Assembly: GCA_965205945.1 (NCBI GenBank)
Contig: CBDBIB010000002.1
Coordinates: 32,001 to 96,000 of the forward strand
From: Bdellovibrionales bacterium
GTDB taxonomy: Bacteria; Bdellovibrionota; Bdellovibrionia; Bdellovibrionales; UBA1609
Direction of reading: 5' to 3'
Length of the DNA stretch: 64,000 nucleotides
Shown: piece after piece, positions 28,801 through 35,748 of the stretch
How the letters are laid out: each line of letters begins with the position of its first letter
Position numbering within the stretch: position 1 is the first letter of the stretch
Notes under the pieces: model-generated
Databases searched by the model: none
Seen by the model: the letters and a program-made list of their open reading frames with translations, nothing else
Told to the model about the DNA's origin: nothing
Made by a program: the position numbers and the translations under genes

Positions 28801-29928
28801 CGTATAAGAACCTAAGGTCATGGTACTTCCTGGGTTTTGCATAATATGACTTGTGTTTAGAATCTGATTATTATTAAGATTAAGGTCACCTAATAAAACC
28901 CCTCCTGTAAGAGGAAGTTTTGTATTGTCAGTTCCTGTGGGAACCACTGAGCTTGGTAGAATTCCACTTGTGATTTTATTTGCATGAATACCACTTGCAA
29001 GATGACTGTTTAAAACACCCCCTGGTGCAATTAAAATTGTACCACTGTTTGTAATGGTTCCACCACTTAAGCCGCTTCCTGCTGTAATACTGGTTACAGT
29101 TCCACTACCTTTACCAACAACAGTGGCTGCTGATCCATTGTAGTACATGATTTGATTATTTGTAGAGTTATACCAAATATCTCCTGCCTGAGAATTAGGT
29201 GGTGGATGAGAGCTTGAAAAACTAGGTAAAAAGCTAGCTCCACTGATGCTTAATGGGGAGTATTGATTAGAACTGCCATTAATTAAAGCCATAAGCTCCC
29301 TTTGATTGGCATCATTATCAAACACGGTCTCTAAATTGCTTTGAGTAACACCACGACTTACTTGAATAAAATCATTAACAGCTTTTCCACCAAGTTTGCC
29401 GGCATACTGAGCATAGGGCACACTGTGAATTATATGATCATTTGTTAAAGTAAGAGGGCCGCTGCCATGATCAAAAGTTACTCTAAGCCTTCTTGTATCG
29501 TTTAAGGTTGGAGTGTATGAAGACCCAAAGGCACAACTAAGACTTTTATTGTTTAAAAAAGAATTGTCTAAAGCTTTAGATAAATTTGTTAAGCCTCCAT
29601 TTCCTGTGTTTATTCCAGACCCAACGTTTAAGTTAAAAACTCCCTTTGATCCTATCATATTAAGATTAAAACTTTCTTCGTAAAGAAGACAATGATCCAT
29701 GGAGGATAAAACTTGAACAAGAAAGCTGACATTATTTTCTTCTAAAGCGTCTCCATTGGGTTTTACAATTTGGCCTTGAAAAACAAAAGAACTTGGGGTG
29801 GCTAGAGAATGGGGAGTTAATAGTAAAATTGTGAAGAAAGTTAGAGCTTTCACACCTATTTCTATGAAATTTTTTAATAAGTCATATACTCTATACATAT
29901 TGTATATTTCGGATGAAAAGCTTAACAA
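22837..29928 (-). CDS. giant phage-tail-fibre-like (Bdellovibrio MAT-type) adhesin with repeat stalk, Ig/PKD-like domains and BspA/DUF285 LRR head
   Basis: N-terminal FVFQGQIVKPNG...CLLYEE...G.FNL.VG domain; fibre motifs GTVTSITAGSGLSGG, GDLTGTYPNP, YPKVRVDVKGRV, GRVGVGKASP; EGTLRYN..EFCDG connector; VHWGDG; WDTSKVTxMxxMF repeats. True start may be GTG 29853. Confidence 0.85.
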   Translation of the reverse strand: MLSFSSEIYNMYRVYDLLKNFIEIGVKALTFFTILLLTPHSLATPSSFVFQGQIVKPNGDALEENNVSFLVQVLSSMDHCLLYEESFNLNMIGSKGVFNLNVGSGINTGNGGLTNLSKALDNSFLNNKSLSCAFGSSYTPTLNDTRRLRVTFDHGSGPLTLTNDHIIHSVPYAQYAGKLGGKAVNDFIQVSRGVTQSNLETVFDNDANQRELMALINGSSNQYSPLSISGASFLPSFSSSHPPPNSQAGDIWYNSTNNQIMYYNGSAATVVGKGSGTVTSITAGSGLSGGTITNSGTILIAPGGVLNSHLASGIHANKITSGILPSSVVPTGTDNTKLPLTGGVLLGDLNLNNNQILNTSHIMQNPGSTMTLGSYTNLEEVSLLGSMNMSNAGATWYNSDSGALKYWNGVSLEVLSTLSSASSVLVNAPLTSSGGSNPTISINLGRGLYNNSGNIDLDLDSSGGLEFNINKLKVKVGSGLKITPRGLEADIGSGLGQLMQVDTLPVCTSGEKIQRNPGAIISYSCVADIDTDTDTSLLGSQAQGDLTGTYPNPSLTPTGVTQGAYPKVRVDVKGRVVEGLSLLKSDIPDLNGEKITSGTISTARLDVGTGSNQLIKLDSSLRLPAVDGSRLINLPSSADNMGDSVARLNINLNQNYLSGDGDNEGIIIDASGRVGVGKASPEALLDVAGTARITQICDERGANCKDVSEGWSLASLAANTVTYTPFGNIQATDVEGALNELESRKAPITRTIRTALNSGLSGGGDLSTDRSLSVDINKTTEKTTADSLDSVLMYDVSQSGLKKITHSNFLNGYLKASLGKSRGNAMDAGGVPSCESNEKLQMSEGPIYLWSCEVDQNTSLLGSQAQGDLTGTYPNPSLIPTGVTPGTYPKVRVDVKGRVVEGLSLLKSDIPDLNGEKITSGTISTARLDVGTGSNQLVKLDSSLRLPAVDGSQLINLPSSADNMGDGIARLNINLNQNYLSGDGDNEGIIIDANGRVGVGKASPEALLDVAGTARITQICDERGANCKDVSEGWSLASLAANTVTYTPFGNIQATDVEGALNELESRKAPITRTITTALNSGLSGGGDLSTNRSLSVDINKTTEKTTADSLDSVLIYDVSQSGLKKITHSNFLNGYLKASLGKSRGNAMDAGGVPSCESNEKLQMSEGPIYSWSCEVDQNTSLLGSQAQGDLTGTYPNPSLTPTGVTPGTYPKVRVDVKGRVVEGLSLLKSDIPDLNGEKITSGTISTARLDVGTGSNQLVKLDSSLRLPAVDGSRLINLPSSADNMGDSIARLNINLNQNYLSGDGDNEGIIIDASGRVGVGKASPEALLDVAGTARITQICDERGANCKDVSEGWSLASLAANTVTYTPFGNIQATDVEGALNELESRKAPITRTIRTALNSGLSGGGDLSTNRSLSVDINKTTEKTTADSLDSVLMYDVSQSGLKKITHSNFLNGYLKASLGKNAGNAMDAGGVPNCESNEKLQMSEGPIYLWSCVTDTSLLGSQAQGDLTGTYPNPSLIPTGVTQGTYPKVRVDVKGRVVEGLSLLKSDIPDLNGEKITSGTISTARLDVGTGSNQLIKLDSSLRLPAVDGSRLINLPSSADNMGDGRARLNINLNQNYLSGDGDDEGITINNNGDVSVSGSISTPGSISTSTVTFLKKVGTVTTPCDSLTEGTLRYNSLGKKLEFCDGVVWKTFLSNNDPTISITNSLSGSYINSINEGGFRVLGTCSEDGELITFSHGTSFITCSNKSFSGDIDFSSLSDGPLSLTASITNIAGNSKTSGVLNLIKDTKPPIVSIGSHIISSSNSIDFPITVSQDFSSINLEKSNVSLTGTTTGCTVLVTNGTTINPSIRISDCSDETGNIQITIASGVAQDAAGNLSDVVSLSTEIQNLGTPFTAKFRIYGSDLNLNLSLSSSYTYNFMVHWGDGTSGVVTSSSDLDKNHTYSSSGTYIVKITGRCPYLNFRDSEQIIEVTELGDTGWESFSYMFYKADNLTLVNGGSTRHVTSMNSMFSYAALANPDTSNWDTSKVTSMGLMFYDAALANPDTSNWDTSKVTDMGLMFYDAALANPDTSNWDTSKVTSMSSMFYNADLANPDTSDWDTSKVTSMSSMFYNADLANPDTSDWDTSKVTSMGFMFSNTALANPDTSDWDTSKVTNMSYMFNSADLANPDTSDWDTSKVTNMSWMFLGAALANPDTSDWDTSKVTNMNSMFYGADLANPDTSNWDTSKVTNMNSMFYGADLANPDTSNWDTSKVINMNSMFNNAALANPDTSNWDTSKVINMNSMFNNAALANPDTSDWDTSKVTSMRSMFNGAASFDQDISSWNVSNVLDCGSFSGRTLTSWTRAEKPNFTRCSPGY
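22968..23904 (-). repeat. 75-bp (25-aa) tandem LRR repeat, 12 units plus partial
   Basis: Unit ANPDTS(N/D)WDTSKV(T/I)xMxxMFxxAxL; period 75 bp (e.g. 23041 vs 23116). Confidence 0.95.
25038..28329 (-). repeat. 969-bp near-identical tandem repeat, 3 full units plus partial
   Basis: Marker TTCCTAAAAG at 28311, 27342, 26373, 25410 (periods 969, 969, 963). Confidence 0.95.
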
Positions 29929-29988
29929 TTAGAGGGAATTAAATAGTTTTTTAGCTCTAATTCTACATTTTTATTTTCATTTAAAATC

Positions 29989-30031
29989 TGTGCTTTTACA
30001 AAACATGCCGATAAGGAGGATTATGTTACTA
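29989..30031 (+). repeat. left 43-bp inverted repeat containing dif-like XerC/XerD site
   Basis: TGTGCTTTTACAAAA-CATGCCGATAA-GGAGGA-TTATGTTACTA; 41/43 identical to reverse complement of 30498-30540. Confidence 0.9.
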
Positions 30032-30497
30032 TTTCTGCTTAAAACCACATTATTTTTGATTTGACCTGCTGATTTTAACTATGGTGCTTAAGTGTAAATT
30101 TCTTTGTGACATAAAAATGTTGCAAAATAGTTACGTTTAATTAACAAGATTTTCTTGTTTAAATAATATCTCTATACAAATAAATATTAAAAAAACCTTA
30201 AAGAATATCGCTTTAAATATTTATTTAATTTTATATAATACATATGCTGTATCTTAATAACTTTTAAACTTAGATGTTGGTTAAAATAACAGCTATGATA
30301 AATAAAGATATTTAAATCTAAGCTTTAAAAAAAGAGCGCTAAATATTAAATATTTTTAAAGTAAATTCTAAAGCAGTCCTTATTTTTAATGATAAAAATT
30401 TTATTGAAAATAATAATTTTAAAAAAATAAAGTCTAAACTTTTATAATTAAATACTTTTAAACTTAAATATAATTTTAAAATAGACGTAAATAGACG

Positions 30498-30540
30498 TAG
30501 TAACATAATCCTCCTTATCGGCATATTTTATAAAAGCACA
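30498..30540 (-). repeat. right 43-bp inverted repeat containing dif-like XerC/XerD site
   Basis: Minus strand TGTGCTTTTATAAAA-TATGCCGATAA-GGAGGA-TTATGTTACTA. Confidence 0.9.
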
Positions 30541-30545
30541 CCATC

Positions 30546-30639
30546 CATATTAATAACTTTAAAAGTATTCCAACCAGAGATGTTAGGGGGTTACTAAAGC
30601 TGCATTACTCAATGCATATGGCTCATATTAGTAACATGT
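30546..30639 (-). pseudogene. degenerate orphan copy of the adhesin's 75-bp LRR repeat
   Basis: CATATTAATAACTTTAAAAGTATTCCAACCAGAGATGTTAGGG...CTAAAGCTGCATTA...CTCATATTAGTAACATGT aligns with units at 22968-23904, same orientation, with indels. Confidence 0.7.
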
Positions 30640-30688
30640 GTAGCTCCGACTCCCTACAAGGAAATAACGGCTAGAAAACGCTAAGTGT
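30637..30688 (+). mobile_element. IS1595 transposase 3'-end fragment
   Basis: 51/52 identical to reverse complement of 45025-45076; reads VAPTPYKEITARKR-stop. Confidence 0.75.
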
Positions 30689-30793
30689 TAGCATTAACTG
30701 CATATTGTCTGCGTCCTTTTAAACCAGCAATACGTGCTTAAAACCATGAAAATAGAGTGTTAAACCAGATTTAAAAAGTCCCAACTCGGGTTA
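30686..30793 (-). mobile_element. MITE-like / IS-end remnant, copy B
   Basis: Minus strand TAACCCGAGTTGGGACTTTTTAAATCTG...; roughly 80% identical by eye to 22413-22522. Confidence 0.6.
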
Positions 30794-31003
30794 TTGTAAA
30801 AGTTTAAAATAGCAGAACATAAATTAAAAACCGTCACTTAATAAATGAACTGTTTAAAATTGTTGATCATCCATCCTTAGAATTTATAAATTTATGTAAA
30901 CTTTAAACCCTTTTTAATCAGGGTTTTAGAGGTTTTAATTTTTGTAAAGAGTTTATTTTAAAAAAGGTAAGTGTCATGGGTTACCCTTTAAGTTTTAAAC
31001 AGT

Positions 31004-31573
31004 TTACTTTGAAGATTCAAAGTTTCTGTTATTTGGATTAGGAAGGTTGGGGAGAATTTCAATATATGAGTCTGAGTCAGGGTCTAAACTAGAATTTCCC
31101 ATTGAAACAGCTGCAGAAGCAACACGTTTTTCTAAAGTTTGTTTCATTGCTTCAAAACTTTCTTCTCCACGCTTGGAATTTGCGCTGTTGTTTTGGGGGA
31201 TATTAATACGTTGAGTTTTTTGGTTTTCGTATTCTTCCATGGGAAAAGCTCCTAGTTCTGCAAGGTAGGCGGAAATACTACCATTTTTATGTTGGATCAC
31301 CTCTCTTAAGGTTTTAAGGGGTGCATACTGTGCAGCCTTTTTTTCAGCCTCAAATATTATTTGTGTAAGTGTAGATGCTGTAATATCATTTTTAGTTTTA
31401 TTATCAATAACAACAACTTGTTCATCAGCGCGGATCATTTTAGCAATATCGTCTAAAGTAACATAGCAGCTTTGTTGAGTATCATAGAGCTTTCTGTTTT
31501 GATAACGTTTTACAATCTTAGCCCTACTAGCAGTGGAGTTCATCATAAGCTCCTGGTCTAGTTCGTGATTCAC
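31004..31573 (-). CDS. PhaR/PhbF-type (PHA synthesis regulator) DNA-binding domain protein
   Basis: IVKRYQNRKLYDTQQSCYVTLDDIAKMIR...DITASTLTQIIFE; AAGGAGG RBS. Confidence 0.85.
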   Translation of the reverse strand: MNHELDQELMMNSTASRAKIVKRYQNRKLYDTQQSCYVTLDDIAKMIRADEQVVVIDNKTKNDITASTLTQIIFEAEKKAAQYAPLKTLREVIQHKNGSISAYLAELGAFPMEEYENQKTQRINIPQNNSANSKRGEESFEAMKQTLEKRVASAAVSMGNSSLDPDSDSYIEILPNLPNPNNRNFESSK

Positions 31574-31995
31574 TAAAGTCCCTCCTTTTGTATATCAGCG
31601 CAAATATCCTTTAAACTAAGGTTTTACACAGACTATCGTTGTGGAGTTTAAAACTTTTTGCCAGATCGTGTCAAGAATGCAGGCAAAATTTTTTATGAAA
31701 AGGCTTAAATTTAAGTAAATTTTTTATAAAAGCTTTAAATTTAGGCGCATTAACTTAAAAATAAATGATATCAAGAACAAATTAAGAGATTTAAGCATAT
31801 TTAAGTTACTTTCCTGATGTGTTTTTTAAAAGCATTTTTAGTTTAGGTTTAAGTTGAATTTTTTTCTCTCTAAGTACTACCTCTTAGAGGGATTTTTAAA
31901 GACTGCTTTTTAGGCGCAAGGTGTTTGTCGCTTTTATACTTTTTTTATACTCCATTAAGTATAAGGTCCTCGTATAAATTTAACTTTACCTGGGT

Positions 31996-32133
31996 ATGCA
32001 CTTAACGCTAAAGCAAGAAACCACAAGGCCTCTAAGAAAGAATGCTATAGCTTAGCAAGAAGAGTTTGAGAAATTTATAAAAATCTATAATTATGAGCGT
32101 CCCCATGAAGGGATCAATAATAAATACCCCTGT
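31996..32133 (+). pseudogene. IS481-family transposase remnant
   Basis: MHLTLKQETTRPLRKNAIA*QEEFEKFIKIYNYERPHEGINNKYP: integrase-core C-terminal YNxERPH motif with in-frame stop. Confidence 0.75.
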
Positions 32134-32458
32134 AAAGCAAGCTATTAAGAGGCTTTGCAAACACCCCAGGGGCTTTAAAAAGGCTTCAAAATTTGAAATG
32201 ACATGAAATTTCTTGAAATATTGACCTTCAAAACCTCCCTCAAACCAAACACTACTAAGTGTAAGCGGTTATTAGTGTTTTTTATTTTTGTTAAATTTAT
32301 ACTTAAAAAATGGTCGGGGAGACAGGTCGGACTGTTACCCAGACCTAAGTATTTTGAAAATAATAAATAATTTAACAATAATAACAACTTAAAGTCTTTC
32401 TGGCTTGGAGCGAATTGGAATATTTTGGTAGGTTTTGGAGTGTATTCTGGGGGTGGTG

Positions 32459-32719
32459 TTAGGAAATTTGGAAAGGTCCCACATGCGGTCCACTAGACTC
32501 AGAAGGGCTGTCGACACCTGAGACTCTAACTTTAACTTTCTTACCAATGAGAGGGTGAAGCCCAGGGGTACTTACCTTAAATGTGTCACCATCTACAGGT
32601 CTTTCATACTTAACGCAATTGAATGAGGTGGTGGTGTGAGTGCAGGGTGAGCTGAAAGCTATTGATGGTAAAAAAATAAACAAAAGCAGAAAAAAGGTGA
32701 GTGTGCACTTAGAGGTCAC
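32459..32719 (-). pseudogene. truncated thermonuclease (SNase) family secreted protein
   Basis: Signal peptide, VDGDTF and VRVSGVDSPE motifs, then stops about 12 aa later without the rest of the domain. Confidence 0.7.
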
Positions 32720-32981
32720 GGCTATTTATTCCATTTACATAAAATTCATTTTTGTCACTTTTCCCATATTCAATTTCAAAAAAGCCATTATTTTTAGATT
32801 TCAGGGAGAGAAGATCATTGTATAGATCAATTGAAATATTTTTAATGATAGTCCCTTTAAATACCTTAATTGAATCTTTTGACTCCCCGGTGCTTCTTTT
32901 AAGAAGCTCAATTTTAAACTGTGAGGTTTCATTTATCTCTTCATCTATTGTTAGTATTCTGCACATTGAAACTTTAGGCAT
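32709..32981 (-). CDS. hypothetical protein (90 aa)
   Basis: ORF with GGAA upstream, downstream of lon, overlapping the nuclease start; no recognisable motif. Confidence 0.4.
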   Translation of the reverse strand: MPKVSMCRILTIDEEINETSQFKIELLKRSTGESKDSIKVFKGTIIKNISIDLYNDLLSLKSKNNGFFEIEYGKSDKNEFYVNGINSRDL

Positions 32982-33043
32982 TGTACATTCCCATTTTTAT
33001 AATAGTTAAAAGCCCCGTGAGAATTTAAGGGTGTGGGCTATAA

Positions 33044-35455
33044 TTAAGCAGCTAAATTATTTCCAGTACCTGTTGCAGGAAAAGAGTTCTCCATATCATC
33101 ACCTTCAAAGACTTCACAGAAAACTTCATTTAGATGTCTAACTAAAATAAAGTTTAGTTTATTTTTAAATTCATCAGGAATATCTTGAATGTCTTTTCTA
33201 TTTTGAAAAGGAATGATTATATTTGTAATTCCTTGATTAAGAGCGGCTAAGGCTTTTTCTCTAATTCCACCCACAGGAAGGACTCGCCCTGTTAGAGTGA
33301 TTTCACCAGTCATTGCAATATCCATTCTTACAGGCCGTTTTGTTATAAGACTTAATAGAGCCGATGAAAGAGAGGTTCCTGCTGAAGGGCCATCTTTTGG
33401 AACAGCTCCTGCTGGTAAATGTATATGGATATCATGATTTTCAAACCAAGAAGAGTCTAAATTAAGAGTATCCGCGTTAGCTTTAATATATGTAAGCGCT
33501 GCAGAGGCGGACTCTTTCATTATATCGCCTAGTTGACCAGTAAGTTTAATGGCCCCTTTTCCAGGAGTTGCAATAGATTCAATATATAAAATTTCTCCAC
33601 CAACTTGAGTCCATGCTAGACCTATTGAAACACCTACTGGGTTATTGTGATAATGCTCCTCACGAATGAACTTTGGAGGGCCCATAAGTTCTACTAAGGT
33701 TTGTGAATTGACTAGAATTTTATCAGTTTGACCTTCGACAACAAGTTTAGCAACTTTTCTACAGACTGAGCCAATCTCTCTTTCTAAATTTCTTAGACCT
33801 GCTTCACGAGTAAAGCCTGAGATGAGTGTTTGAAGGCCATCATCTGTAAACTCAATATGAGAAGGCTTAAGTCCATTGTCTTCTATTTGGCGAGTGGTTA
33901 AATGTTTTTGGGCAATAAGTAATTTATCATTTTCCGTGTATCCAGGAATATTAATAACCTCCATTCGATCTTTTAACGCAGGGGGAATATTTTGTAGGAT
34001 ATTTGCTGTAGCTAAGAAGATTACGTTTGAAAGGTCAAAGTCAGAATTGATATAATTATCTTTAAAAGTGTTATTTTGTTCAGGATCTAAAACTTCAAGC
34101 ATTGCTGCTGATGGATCACCTCTAAAATCAGAGCCAAGTTTATCGATTTCATCTAATACAATGACAGGATTGTTAGTGCCTGCAGCTTTAAGGGCTTGGA
34201 TTATTTTACCAGGCATTGCTCCTACATAAGTTCTACGATGTCCTCTAATTTCAGCTTCATCTTTTAGGCCGCCAAGTGCAATGCGCTGATATTTTCTGCC
34301 CATTGCGTGGGCGATGCTTTTGCCAAGAGATGTTTTTCCAACTCCCGGAGGGCCTCCAAAACAGAGGATGGGGCCTTTAAGTTTAGTTTTCAGTTGTCGA
34401 ACGGCTAGGAATTCTAAAATACGATCTTTTACTTTATCTAAATCGTAATGATCTGAATCTAAGATTTTTCTAGCTTGAACAAGGTCTAAATTGTCTTTAG
34501 TAGATTTCGACCAAGGAAGGTCACACATCCAATCAAGGTAGCTTCTAATCATGGAAGATTCACTTGCATCAGGATGCATTTTTTCTAAACGAGCAAGTTG
34601 TTTTAAAACCTCAGTTTCAATTTCAAGAGGCATTTTTGCCTGTAAAACTCTATGGTTATAATTATTAACATCATTTTCTTTATTAGAACCTTCACCGTTT
34701 TCGTTAAGTTCATGTTTAATAGCCTTCATTTGTTCACGTAAGAAATATTCTCTTTGTGATTTTGTAAGCTGATCTTTAGAGGTGCCTGTAATTGTTGATT
34801 GCACTTTTAATAGATCTAACTCAGTAGATAAGAACTCATGAACAAGGCGTAGCCTTTTTAGATGGTCAGCTTCTTCTAATATGCGCTGTGAATTTTCAAT
34901 TTTTAAATTAAGGTTGCTTGCTAGGTGGTCTGCAAATTTACCTGGATCTTCAGAAACACTGTCTAAATCAAAAAGAATTCCTGCAGAAAGAGATTTTCCG
35001 TAACTAAGAGATTCTTCAACTATTGATTTACATTCTTCTATAAGAAGGCGTACTTCAGGCGTAGGTTTAATAGTTTTAGGTTCAAGAAGTTGTTTAATTT
35101 CTACTTCAAAGAAAGGGTCTTCATTTGAAAAACTTAAAACTTTGGCTTTACAAATACCTTGAGCTAAAATTTTAATGCGTCCATCAGAAAGTTTTCTAAT
35201 AGGCCTAACAATTTTTGCAATGGTTCCTGTTCTATAAATAGCATCTGAGGTAGGCTTATCATCAGTTTTTTCAACTTGTGTAGATAAGAAAATATACCTA
35301 TGTGTAGAAAAAGATTTTTCTACAGCTAGCACAGATGAATTTCTTCCAATGTATAATGGCAATGCCATGTAGGGAAAAACAACCATGTCTCGTACAGGAA
35401 GTAGTGGCAGTCGTGTTGGAAGAGAGTGGTTTGTTTTTTTATTTTTTGAGCTCAT
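33044..35455 (-). CDS. lon: ATP-dependent Lon protease
   Basis: LPLLPVRD, GPPGVGKTS, RGHRRTYVGAMPG, PKDGPSAG. Confidence 0.98.
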   Translation of the reverse strand: MSSKNKKTNHSLPTRLPLLPVRDMVVFPYMALPLYIGRNSSVLAVEKSFSTHRYIFLSTQVEKTDDKPTSDAIYRTGTIAKIVRPIRKLSDGRIKILAQGICKAKVLSFSNEDPFFEVEIKQLLEPKTIKPTPEVRLLIEECKSIVEESLSYGKSLSAGILFDLDSVSEDPGKFADHLASNLNLKIENSQRILEEADHLKRLRLVHEFLSTELDLLKVQSTITGTSKDQLTKSQREYFLREQMKAIKHELNENGEGSNKENDVNNYNHRVLQAKMPLEIETEVLKQLARLEKMHPDASESSMIRSYLDWMCDLPWSKSTKDNLDLVQARKILDSDHYDLDKVKDRILEFLAVRQLKTKLKGPILCFGGPPGVGKTSLGKSIAHAMGRKYQRIALGGLKDEAEIRGHRRTYVGAMPGKIIQALKAAGTNNPVIVLDEIDKLGSDFRGDPSAAMLEVLDPEQNNTFKDNYINSDFDLSNVIFLATANILQNIPPALKDRMEVINIPGYTENDKLLIAQKHLTTRQIEDNGLKPSHIEFTDDGLQTLISGFTREAGLRNLEREIGSVCRKVAKLVVEGQTDKILVNSQTLVELMGPPKFIREEHYHNNPVGVSIGLAWTQVGGEILYIESIATPGKGAIKLTGQLGDIMKESASAALTYIKANADTLNLDSSWFENHDIHIHLPAGAVPKDGPSAGTSLSSALLSLITKRPVRMDIAMTGEITLTGRVLPVGGIREKALAALNQGITNIIIPFQNRKDIQDIPDEFKNKLNFILVRHLNEVFCEVFEGDDMENSFPATGTGNNLAA

Positions 35456-35478
35456 GAAGCCTCCTCTATGTGATATTT

Positions 35479-35506
35479 TAATCGGGAGGTAGCGTTAAAG
35501 CCTTAA
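35479..35506 (-). promoter_or_regulatory. sigma28/FliA-like promoter upstream of lon
   Basis: TTAAG-N15-CCCGATTA versus TAAA-N15-GCCGATAA, shortly before GAGGAGG RBS. Confidence 0.45.
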
Positions 35507-35748
35507 AGGGGTGGAATTTTGACACTAAAAGTCTAGACATTTGTTTAGTTAGACTAAATTAAAACGCTTGTTAAAGCGTTGTTATTAAGAGAAATGTGCT
35601 TTTTTACCACATACTTAGTACTACTGTTTATAAATGAGATTCCTTTAATCTTGTTTATTTTTATAAATTAATTTTTTATCAAAAAAAGTGATCAGTTTTA
35701 CTCAAAGTTATTTAGAATTTTTTTAAATCTATTTGATTGTTTTAAAGC

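Noticed and set aside
23012..28807. Repeated short plus-strand ORFs
   Set aside because: Antisense shadows of the adhesin's tandem repeats
30339..30524. 61-aa ORF starting inside the right inverted repeat
   Set aside because: Low-complexity AT-rich translation with no motif; the SD-to-ATG gap is only about 3 nt
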